64,000 nt of DNA. It comes from an uncultured Gemmatimonadales bacterium (GTDB lineage Bacteria; Gemmatimonadota; Gemmatimonadetes; Longimicrobiales; RSA9). The notes beneath the pieces were generated by a model, which did not search any database, had not been told where the DNA came from, and saw nothing but the letters and a program-made list of their open reading frames with translations. Both the position numbers and the translations under genes were made by a program. Location: positions 448,001 to 512,000 of the forward strand of contig CAWFKH010000006.1 in the NCBI GenBank assembly GCA_963816355.1, given 5' to 3'. Below are positions 9,301 through 18,162 of this stretch, one piece after another; position 1 is the stretch's first letter; every line of letters starts with the position of its first letter.

Positions 9301-11240
9301 AGATGGGCCGCGACATCCAGACGGAGCCGTTCACCGTCGTCGGCATCGGCGACATGAGCGGCGACGTCTTCGGCAACGGCATGCTGCTCTCGCCGGAGAT
9401 CCGCCTCGTCGCCGCCTTCGACCACCGCCACATTTTCGTCGATCCGACGACGGATCCCGCCGTCTCCTTCGCGGAGCGCGAGCGCCTCTTCCACGCCGGC
9501 CGCACGAGCTGGGACGACTACGATCGCGACGCCCTCGGCAAGGGCGGCTTCATCGTGCCGCGCGGCGCCAAGGAGGTGGACCTGACCGCGCCGGCTCGCA
9601 AGGCGCTCGGCCTGCCCGCCGGCACCAAGGTCCTCGACGGCGAGTCGCTGATCCGCGCCATCCTGGCCGCGCCCGTGGACCTCCTCTGGAACGGCGGCAT
9701 CGGGACCTACGTCAGGGCCTCCACCGAGATCGACGCCGAGGTCGGCGACTCCGCCAACGACCCCGTACGGATCGACGCGACGCAGCTCCGCTGCAAGGTG
9801 ATCGGCGAGGGCGGCAACCTCGGACTCACCCAGCGTGCACGCATCGAGTACGCCCTCGGCGGCGGCCGCCTCAACACGGACGCGCTCGACAACTCCGGCG
9901 GCGTCGACATGTCGGACCGGGAGGTGAATCTCAAGATCCTGCTCGACGGCGCCATCGCCGGCGGCCGCATGGACTTCGACGAGCGAAACCGCCTGCTGCG
10001 CGAGCTGACCCCCTCGGTCACCGACCTCGTCCTGCGCGACAACCGTTCGCAGTCGCTCGCCGTATCGCTCGAGCAGATCCGCGCCGGCGAGGCGGTCGAC
10101 GACTTCCAGGAGCTGATGACGCTGCTCGAGAAGGAGGCGCTGCTCGACCGCGCCGCCGAGACCCTCCCATCCTCCGAGGACGTGGCCGAGCGCAGGGCCG
10201 CCGGCGCCACGCTGACCCGCCCCGAGCTGTGCGTCCTGCTCGCCTACGGCAAGCTCGCCCTCAAGCAGCACCTGCTCGCCAGCGACCTGCCGGACGACCC
10301 CGCCTTCGCGGGCTACCTCGTCCACTACTTCCCCGCCGCCGCCGCCGCCGCCGCCGGCGAGGACGCGCTCAAGGGACACCGCCTGCGCCGCGAGGTCGTC
10401 GCCAGCCAGCTCACCAACGACCTCGTCGACCTCATGGGCGCGACCTTCGTCACGCGCACCTCGCGCGACACCGGCCACTTGCCCGCCGACGTCGTGCGCG
10501 CCTGGGTCGTCGGCGCCCAGCTCTGCGGCGCGTCCGACCTTCGCGAGAGCCTCGCCGACGTCGAGGGAGACCTCGACTCCGAGGCCGTCTACCGCTGGCT
10601 GCTCGGCCTCGCCCGCGTCCTCGAGCGCACCGCCCGCTGGGTCCTCGCCAACGTGCCGGCCGACGTGCCCGCCTCCGTCGTCATCGAGCAGCACCTCGAC
10701 GGCCTCGAGCGGCTCCGCCAACGCTTCGGCGACGTCGTGGCCGGCGAGGAGCGCAGCGTCTTCGAGGATCGCGTCCGCGAGATGCAGCAGATGATCGACC
10801 GCCACGATCTCGCGCAGCGCCTGATCACGCTCCGCTTCCTCGACCAGCTCCTCGAGATCCTGCGCGTCGCGGCCGAAACCGACGCCGACCCGCTGCGCGT
10901 CGCGCGCACCTACTATCTCGCTTCCGAGCTGCTCGCCATCCCGTGGCTCCGACGCGCCCTCTTCGACGCCGCGGACGACGGCCGCTGGGAGCAGCGCGCC
11001 GCCAGCGCCCTCGCCGACGACATCGGCCGTGCCCACCGCGTCCTCACGGAGCGCATCATGCAGTCCGGCGAGGAGGACCGCACCGTCGACGACCTCCTGG
11101 GCGCCATACGCGACGAGCGCGGCCGCGAGCTCGACGCCTACCGTGACCTCGTCGGCGAAGTCCGCGACGCGCCCGCGATCTCGCTCTCCGCGCTCTCGGT
11201 CGTCGTGCGGGAGCTGCAGCTGCTCGCCGGGTTGCGGTGA
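6336..11240 (+). CDS. gdhB: Large NAD-specific glutamate dehydrogenase (about 1630 aa)
   Basis: '[40 protein letters not shown]', '[13 protein letters not shown]', '[15 protein letters not shown]', 'GEGGNLG'; GTG start inferred. Confidence 0.95.
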   Translation: [1634 protein letters not shown]

Positions 11241-11270
11241 GGCGCGCCGGACGCCGAGAGAAGCCGCAGG

Positions 11271-11334
11271 GCGGCAGGGAAACGCCCGCGGCCGTCGGAA
11301 GCGCGTGCGGCAGGGAAACGCCTGCGGCAGGGGA
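11271..11334. repeat. 22-bp direct repeat (GCGGCAGGGAAACGCCYGCGGC x2, 36-bp period) upstream of the aminopeptidase
   Basis: Copies at 11271-11292 and 11307-11328; partial third copy 11324-11334. Confidence 0.6.
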
Positions 11335-11352
11335 TTATTTCGGAGGTGCCGT

Positions 11353-13926
11353 ATGAGAATAGCGGGATCGGCCGTTCTGATCGCGATCCTCGCCGCGTGC
11401 GGAGGGCGGACGGCGCGCCCGGCACCGGGTGGCGACTCGCCGGGCACGCCGACGGCGGGCCCCGCCGCGGCCGCGACGGCCGCGTCCGAGCCTGGGCTCG
11501 ACAGCGTGCCTCCGTTCCGGCCGCTTCCGCTCGTCACCTGGGGGGCGTCGCCGCCCGGTCCGCCGCACGAGGAGCGCGGCCGCACCTACGACCTCGTCCA
11601 CCAGGCCACGCACGTGCGCTTCGACTGGGAGCGGCACGCCGTGGTCGGCACGACCACCGTTCGCTTCGCCGCCCTCGATCGCCCGCTCGCTACGCTCGCG
11701 CTCGACGCCGAGGCGATGAAGATCGGCTCGGTGCGCGACGCGCGCGGGCGCGCGCTGCGCCACGACTACGACGGCCACACCCTGCGCGTGCACCTCGCCC
11801 GCCCGCTCGGCGCGGGTGACACGGCGACCGCGACGGTCGCCTACGAGAGCGTCGAGCCGGGGCGCGGGGCGTACTTCATCGACCGCCTCCACATGCTATG
11901 GACGCAGGGCGAGACCGACTACACGCGCTACTGGCTCCCGACCTACGACTATCCGAACGACAAGGCGACGTGGGAATTCTTCGTGACCGTGCCACGAGGT
12001 GAGAAGGCGCTGTCGAACGGGCGGCTCGTGGCCGTGGACACGACGCGCGACGGCGTCGTCTGGCACTGGTCCCTCGACCACCCCGCTTCCACGTACCTGA
12101 TGTCGGTCGTCACCGGCGACTACGCCGTGATCCACGACCACTGGAACGACGTGCCGGTCGACTACTGGGTCTACCCGGACTCGATCGCCGCCGGTCGGCG
12201 CGGCTTCGGCATGACGCCTGAGGCGATCGGCATCTACTCCCGCAAGACCGGCGTCCGCTACCCGTGGAGCAAGTACGACCAGTCCGTCGCGCCGGACTAC
12301 ATCTTCGGCGGCATGGAGAACGTCACCGCCACCACGCAGCTCGACGACGGCATCCTCCATCCGGCGTGGGCGGAGCCCCAGGAGTACAGCGGCGGCCTCG
12401 TCGCCCACGAGCTCGGCCACCAGTGGTACGGCGACCTGCTCACCACCCGGAACTGGGCCAACGCCTGGCTCAACGAAGGCTTCGCGACCTTCATGGAGCA
12501 GATCTTCACGGAGGAGGCGCGCGGCCGCGACGAGGGCGACTTCGACCGCCTCGGCTCGCACGAACAGGCCGTTCGCGCCGACCGCCGGGCGCGCCGCCCC
12601 CTGGTGTGGAGCCACTGGGTCGCCGACCCGTTCGACGTCTTCTTCAGCGGCCACATCTATCCCCGCGGCGCCACCGTGCTGCAGATGCTTCGCCACGAGC
12701 TGGGCGACTCCACCTTCTGGGCCGCCATGCACCGCTACACCGTCGAGCACGCCTACGGCACCGTCACCAGCGCCGACCTCGAGAAAGCCTTCGAGGACGA
12801 GACCGGCCGCAGCTTCCAGGACTTCTTCCACGACTGGGTCTACGGCGCCGGATACCCCGCCTTCCGCGTCTCCTCGCGGTGGACCGGCGGGACGCTGCAC
12901 GTCGACGCGCGCGAAGTGCAGCCCCGCGACTCCATGACCGACTGGTTCGACGTGGACGTCGCCGTCCGTGCGCTCACCGACGCCGGGCCCGTCGACGGCG
13001 TCGTCCACGTCCGGAACGGCAGCGGTAGCGCGGATCTCGCGCTCCCCGCACCGCCGCGCGCGGTCGTATGGGATCCGGGCGACTGGCTTCTCGACGTCAC
13101 GGACTTCCCTCGCTCCACACGCATGCTCGCCTACCAGGCACGCCACGCCGAGCGCGTGCCCGGCCGCGTGGAGGCGATCGAGCGCCTCGGTGAGCGCACG
13201 GCGCAGGCCGCAGCCCTGGCCGCCATAGCCGATGCCGCCACCGAAGACCCGTTCTGGGGCGTCCGCCAGCGCGCCGTCCGGGCGCTGGCGGCGTTCGCTT
13301 CGACCGGCGCGTCCAGCTCCGCCGACTCGGCCACGATCGCCGACTCGGCCGCCGCCGCGCTCCTCGCCGCGAGCCGCGATCCCGATCCGCGCGTGCGTCA
13401 GGCCGCCGCCGCGTCGCTCGGCCATTTTCGGGGCGACGCCGTCGCGGCCACACTGCAGCGGCTCGCGACGACCGACTCCTCCTACTACGTCCGCGGCGAT
13501 GCGGTCCAGTCGCTCGCCGCCGTCGCGCCCGGCGCCGCGCTACCGGTGATTCACGCCCTGCTGCAGCAGGATTCCTGGCTCGACGTCCTGCGCGCCAACG
13601 CCATCTACGCGCTCGCCGCGACGGACGCGCCCGAGGTCGGGCGGACGCTGCTCTCCTTCCTGGAGCCGCGACACGCGCGCGAGTCGAGGAATGCCGCGAT
13701 CGAGTCTCTCGCCGCCCGCGCTTCCGGCAACGAGGCGCTCATCGCGAGCCGCCTCGAGCCGTACCTCCACGACCCGGACCAGTTCATCCGCGAGGCGATC
13801 GCCCGCGCGCTCGGCGAGCTCGGCCAGACCTCGAGCATCGCCGCCCTGGAGGCGCAGCGCCGCGTCGAGCTGGAGAGCCGCGTCGTCAACGCGATCGACG
13901 CCGCCATCGAGAGGATCCGGCGCTAG
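11353..13926 (+). CDS. M1-family aminopeptidase lipoprotein with C-terminal HEAT repeats
   Basis: GGAGG RBS; lipobox 'ILAAC'; 'GGMEN', 'HELGHQW...NEGFA'; HEAT-like 'DPDPRVRQAAAASLG'. Confidence 0.92.
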   Translation: MRIAGSAVLIAILAACGGRTARPAPGGDSPGTPTAGPAAAATAASEPGLDSVPPFRPLPLVTWGASPPGPPHEERGRTYDLVHQATHVRFDWERHAVVGTTTVRFAALDRPLATLALDAEAMKIGSVRDARGRALRHDYDGHTLRVHLARPLGAGDTATATVAYESVEPGRGAYFIDRLHMLWTQGETDYTRYWLPTYDYPNDKATWEFFVTVPRGEKALSNGRLVAVDTTRDGVVWHWSLDHPASTYLMSVVTGDYAVIHDHWNDVPVDYWVYPDSIAAGRRGFGMTPEAIGIYSRKTGVRYPWSKYDQSVAPDYIFGGMENVTATTQLDDGILHPAWAEPQEYSGGLVAHELGHQWYGDLLTTRNWANAWLNEGFATFMEQIFTEEARGRDEGDFDRLGSHEQAVRADRRARRPLVWSHWVADPFDVFFSGHIYPRGATVLQMLRHELGDSTFWAAMHRYTVEHAYGTVTSADLEKAFEDETGRSFQDFFHDWVYGAGYPAFRVSSRWTGGTLHVDAREVQPRDSMTDWFDVDVAVRALTDAGPVDGVVHVRNGSGSADLALPAPPRAVVWDPGDWLLDVTDFPRSTRMLAYQARHAERVPGRVEAIERLGERTAQAAALAAIADAATEDPFWGVRQRAVRALAAFASTGASSSADSATIADSAAAALLAASRDPDPRVRQAAAASLGHFRGDAVAATLQRLATTDSSYYVRGDAVQSLAAVAPGAALPVIHALLQQDSWLDVLRANAIYALAATDAPEVGRTLLSFLEPRHARESRNAAIESLAARASGNEALIASRLEPYLHDPDQFIREAIARALGELGQTSSIAALEAQRRVELESRVVNAIDAAIERIRR

Positions 13927-14016
13927 TCGCACACTCGAGCAGGACGCCCGCCGCGCGAGGCAGTGCGAGGCGGTGAGCCAGCGTCCTTCCCTTCGTGTCG
14001 ACCGAGGAGCACACCC

Positions 14017-14331
14017 ATGGCATTCGATCAGTATCATGAGCCCCCTTCCGAGCTGCCGGCGCAGACACGCACCTTCGCGCGCATGCTCCTGTCGCTGATC
14101 GAGGAGGCCGAAGCGATCGACTGGTACGAGCAGCGCCTGGCGGTCGAGCCGGACGCGGACGCGACGCGCATCATGCGCAACGCGCAGAAGGAGGAGTTCA
14201 AGCACTTCGCGATGGACCTCGAGTTCCTCCTGCGGCGCACTCCGGAATGGCGCGAGATCTGCAAACGCGTGCTCTTCACGGAAGGCGACATCGTCGATCT
14301 CGGCGAGGCCGCCGAGGAGGAGGCCGACTGA
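14017..14331 (+). CDS. Encapsulin-type ferritin-like protein (EncFtn/Flp family)
   Basis: 'HEP..ELP', 'SLIEEAEAIDWYEQR', 'EEFKHFAMDLEFLLRR', 'LFTEGDI'; GAGGAG RBS. Confidence 0.85.
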   Translation: MAFDQYHEPPSELPAQTRTFARMLLSLIEEAEAIDWYEQRLAVEPDADATRIMRNAQKEEFKHFAMDLEFLLRRTPEWREICKRVLFTEGDIVDLGEAAEEEAD

Positions 14332-14417
14332 GCCGACAGCGCCGCCGGCGGACCCGCGGCCGAGCGGTCCCGGCCGAGAGCGCCGGCGGCCGAAAGCACC
14401 GGTCCTTCCGTGGCCTG

Positions 14418-14606
14418 CTAGGCGTGGCTCTCGCCGCCGCCACGGAGCCTCGCGATCAGCTCCTTCACGACGGCCTCACGGGCTTTCAGCCGTTCCCTGA
14501 AATCCATGTTGTCCGTCTGCGACACCTCCATGCGGAGGTCCCCGAGATAATTCTCGAGGATCCCTCTCAGTTCGAGCGCTTCCTCTGAGCTCAGATCGAG
14601 CTGCAT
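14418..14606 (-). CDS. Small hypothetical helical protein (62 aa)
   Basis: 'MQLDLSSEEALELRGILENYLGDLRMEV...', GGAGG RBS, protein-like composition. Confidence 0.7.
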   Translation of the reverse strand: MQLDLSSEEALELRGILENYLGDLRMEVSQTDNMDFRERLKAREAVVKELIARLRGGGESHA

Positions 14607-14856
14607 CGTGGCCTCCCTCCTGGAATCGTCCCACGGCCAACCCACGGCTGCGCTCTCCGCGGGGGGAACGAGCGCCGCGCTCCAGATTGTTTCCCCTGCT
14701 TCTTCCGCGCCAGCGGGGTCTCACCGCACGGCCATTGGCCGAAGCCGCCGGCGCGCCCGTTGCACGAAGACCGGGGCTTCGCCGTTGAACAAACCCGACC
14801 ACCGTTCTACCTTCCCGGCGCCGCGTCACCACGCCCCGCGACCCCCGGAGCCACAC

Positions 14857-17800
14857 ATGTTCGTCCAACCTAGGGCGACGTTCCGCCATCGCGTCGCCGC
14901 CCGCATCGCCGGCAGAGCCGTGTCCCTTCCCCGCGCGGCGCGCCGCCTGCTCGTCCTCACGTGCGTCGCCGCCGCCGCGACCCCGGCCACCGCCGCCCTC
15001 GCCGGGACGGCCGCCGGCCCGCCGATCCCCGCCGGAAGCGCCACCGCGCCCGCGCCCGCCCTCTACGACACCGCTCTCTTCGCCACGATGCGCTGGCGCG
15101 AGATCGGGCCGGAGCGCGGCGGGCGCTCGCTCGCCATCGCCGGCAGCGCCGCGCGCCCGGACGAGTACTGGTTCGGCGCGGTGGGCGGTGGGCTGTGGAA
15201 GACGACGGACGGTGGCCTGACCTGGAAGCCGATGACGGACGGCCCTCTCGGCAGCTCGAGCGTCGGCGCGGTCGGCGTCGCGGAGTCGAACCCGGACGTC
15301 GTCTACATCGGCATGGGCGAGACGGAGCTGCGCGGCAACGTCCTGCAGGGCGACGGCGTCTACCGCACCGCCGACGCCGGCAAGACGTGGACCCACGTGG
15401 GGCTCGAGGCGACGCAGGCGATCGCGCGCGTGCGCGTCGACCCGACGAACCCGGACCGCGTCTTCGTCGCGGCACTCGGCCACCCGTACGGTCCGAACCC
15501 GGAGCGCGGAGTGTTCCGCACGCTGGACGGCGGCCGCACGTGGAAGAAGGTGCTCTTCGAGTCGGACAGCGCCGGCGCGAACGACCTCGTCATCGACCCG
15601 AGCGACCCGAACACGATCTACGCGGCGTCATGGCAGGTCTACCGCACGCCGTGGAAGATGTGGGGCGGCGGGCCGCACTCGAAGCTGTTCAAGTCGACGG
15701 ACGGCGGCGAGACGTGGACGGACCTCACGTCGAACCCCGGCATGCCGGCACGGCCGATCGGCAAGATCGGCATCACCGTCTCGCCCGCCGACCCGCACCG
15801 GCTCTACGCGATCGTCGAAGCCGGCGAGGGCGGCGTCTTCCGCAGCGACGACGGCGGCGCCACGTGGGCGCGCACCAACGACGAGCGCAAGATCCGCCAG
15901 CGCTCCTTCTACTATTCGCACATCTACGCCGACCCGAAGGATCCGGACGTGGTCTACGCGCTGAACACGTCGCTCTACCGCTCGAAGGACGGCGGCAAGA
16001 CCTTTGACCGGGTCCGCTCCGTGCCGCACGGCGACCAGCACGACCTGTGGATCGCGCCCGACGACCCGCGCCGCCTCGCGAGCGCGAACGACGGCGGCGG
16101 CACGGTCTCGGAGAATGGCGGCGCCACCTGGACGGAGCAGGATTTCCCGACCGCGCAGCTCTACCACATCATCACCACGAGCGACGTCCCCTATCACGTC
16201 TGCGGCGCGCAGCAGGACAACTCGACCGTCTGCGTCCCCAGCGACGACTGGGACTTCATGCAGGCGCGCGGCCCGAACCACGGCTGGTACTACGCCGTCG
16301 GCGGCGGCGAGAGCGGCTACATCGCGCAGTCGCCCACCGACCCGGACATCTTCTACGCCGGCAGCCAGGGCGCGCTGCTCACGCGCTTCGACCGCAGCAA
16401 CGGCCAGATCCGCGACATCCAGCCCTACCCGCGCTTCTTCTCCGGCGAGCCCGCCTCCGCGCTGCCGGAACGCTGGCAGTGGACCTTCCCGATCGTCTTC
16501 TCGCCCGTCGACCACGCGCTCTACACCACCTCGCAGCACGTGTGGAAGAGCACCGACGACGGCCAGACGTGGACGAGGATCAGCCCCGACCTGACGCGCG
16601 CCGACCCGAAGACGCTCGGCCTGTCCGGCGGCCTGATCACGATGGACATGAACGGCCCCGAGATCTACGGCACCGTCTTCTCCCTCGCTCCCTCCCACCA
16701 GGACGCGAGCACGATCTGGGCGGGCAGCGACGACGGCCTCGTCCACATCACCCGCGACGGCGGCGCCCACTGGGCCGATGTCACGCCGCCGGACATGCCG
16801 AAGTACACGCGCGTCGTCGCGATCGACGCCTCGCGCCACGACCCCGCCACCGCCTACGTCGCCGGCACCCTCTATCAACTCGACGACCGCCGCCCCTACA
16901 TCTGGCGCACCCACGACTACGGCCGCACGTGGACGAAGATCGTGAGCGGCATGCGCGACGGCGACATCTCCCGCGTCGTCCGCGAGGACGTCGTGCGGCC
17001 GCGCATGCTCTACGCCGGCACCGAGAACGGCGTCTACGTCTCCTGGGACGACGGCGACCACTGGCAGTTGCTCTCCCTCAACCTGCCGAACACGCAGGTC
17101 GCCGACCTCGTGGTCGAGAAGCACGACCTCGTCGCCGGCACCCACGGGCGTTCCATATGGGTGCTCGACGATATCGATCCGCTGCGCCAGCTCTCGCCCG
17201 CCATCGCCGCCGCCGACGTCCACCTCTTCGCGCCGCACGAGGCGACGCGCGGCGTCGACGACGCCATCCTCCAGTACGCGCTCGCCCGCGCGGCCGACAG
17301 CGTCGCCGTCGAGATCCTCGACGCGGACGGCCGGCTCGTCCGCCGCTTCGTCGGCACGGCGAACGACTCCGCGAACGCGGACGACGACGACGGCGGCTTC
17401 TTCCGGCGCCGCACGCGCCCGCCCACCACCGTCGCCGGGCTGAACCGCTTCGCCTGGGACCTGCGCTATCCGGGCGCGGTCGTCTTCGACAGCATGATCG
17501 TGTGGAGCGCGCGCCCGCAGAACGGGCCGCTGGCGCCGCCCGGCCGCTACGCCGCGCGCCTGATCGTGAACGGCGACGTCACGCACGCGGAGACGCAGCC
17601 GTTCGACGTCGTCATGGACCCGCGTCTGAAGGGCGTGACGGTGGCGGAGCTGCGCGAGCAGTTCGAACTGGCGATGAAGATCCGCGACCGCACCAGCGCC
17701 GCCGACCAGGGCGTCGTCGACATCCGCGACGTCCGCGCCCAGGTCGACGAGCGCCTGGACAGCGCCGCCGCCGCCGCCCTGCGACAACAGGCCCGGCCGC

Positions 17801-18162
17801 TTCTCGACAGCATCGCCGCGATCGAGGCGAATCTGTATCAGGTGAAGAACCGCAGCGGCCAGGACCCGCTCAACTTCCCGATCCGCCTCAACAACCGGCT
17901 CGCCGCGCTGCGTCGCAGCGTCGAGACCGGCGACGCACCGCCGACCGCCGCCGCATACCGCGTCCTCGACGCGCTCTCCGCCGCCCTCGACGCGCAGCTC
18001 GGCGCGCTGCGCGCCATCGTCGAACGGGAACTTCCGGCACTCAACCGCGCCTTCGAGGCACGTGGCCTGCCGCCGGTCGAGATTCCGCGCACGATCGCCG
18101 GCACGAACACGATCAGCACGAGAGACCAGACAACGAGAGGAGCGGGAAATGGGAGGCGGTGA
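14857..18162 (+). CDS. Secreted BNR/VPS10 (sortilin-like) glycosyl hydrolase with C-terminal helical region
   Basis: 'MRWREIGPERGGRS', many Asp-box repeats, 'HGDQHDLWI', 'GTHGRSIWVLDD', 'GLNRFAWDLRY'. Confidence 0.9.
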   Translation: MFVQPRATFRHRVAARIAGRAVSLPRAARRLLVLTCVAAAATPATAALAGTAAGPPIPAGSATAPAPALYDTALFATMRWREIGPERGGRSLAIAGSAARPDEYWFGAVGGGLWKTTDGGLTWKPMTDGPLGSSSVGAVGVAESNPDVVYIGMGETELRGNVLQGDGVYRTADAGKTWTHVGLEATQAIARVRVDPTNPDRVFVAALGHPYGPNPERGVFRTLDGGRTWKKVLFESDSAGANDLVIDPSDPNTIYAASWQVYRTPWKMWGGGPHSKLFKSTDGGETWTDLTSNPGMPARPIGKIGITVSPADPHRLYAIVEAGEGGVFRSDDGGATWARTNDERKIRQRSFYYSHIYADPKDPDVVYALNTSLYRSKDGGKTFDRVRSVPHGDQHDLWIAPDDPRRLASANDGGGTVSENGGATWTEQDFPTAQLYHIITTSDVPYHVCGAQQDNSTVCVPSDDWDFMQARGPNHGWYYAVGGGESGYIAQSPTDPDIFYAGSQGALLTRFDRSNGQIRDIQPYPRFFSGEPASALPERWQWTFPIVFSPVDHALYTTSQHVWKSTDDGQTWTRISPDLTRADPKTLGLSGGLITMDMNGPEIYGTVFSLAPSHQDASTIWAGSDDGLVHITRDGGAHWADVTPPDMPKYTRVVAIDASRHDPATAYVAGTLYQLDDRRPYIWRTHDYGRTWTKIVSGMRDGDISRVVREDVVRPRMLYAGTENGVYVSWDDGDHWQLLSLNLPNTQVADLVVEKHDLVAGTHGRSIWVLDDIDPLRQLSPAIAAADVHLFAPHEATRGVDDAILQYALARAADSVAVEILDADGRLVRRFVGTANDSANADDDDGGFFRRRTRPPTTVAGLNRFAWDLRYPGAVVFDSMIVWSARPQNGPLAPPGRYAARLIVNGDVTHAETQPFDVVMDPRLKGVTVAELREQFELAMKIRDRTSAADQGVVDIRDVRAQVDERLDSAAAAALRQQARPLLDSIAAIEANLYQVKNRSGQDPLNFPIRLNNRLAALRRSVETGDAPPTAAAYRVLDALSAALDAQLGALRAIVERELPALNRAFEARGLPPVEIPRTIAGTNTISTRDQTTRGAGNGRR

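Noticed and set aside
6357..11585. 1742-aa antisense ORF, and similar long shadow ORFs (e.g. 30494..34273+, 15628..18312-, 43372..46002-)
   Set aside because: They mirror well-supported genes on the opposite strand. Stop-poor antisense frames are expected at high GC3, and they carry no recognisable motifs.
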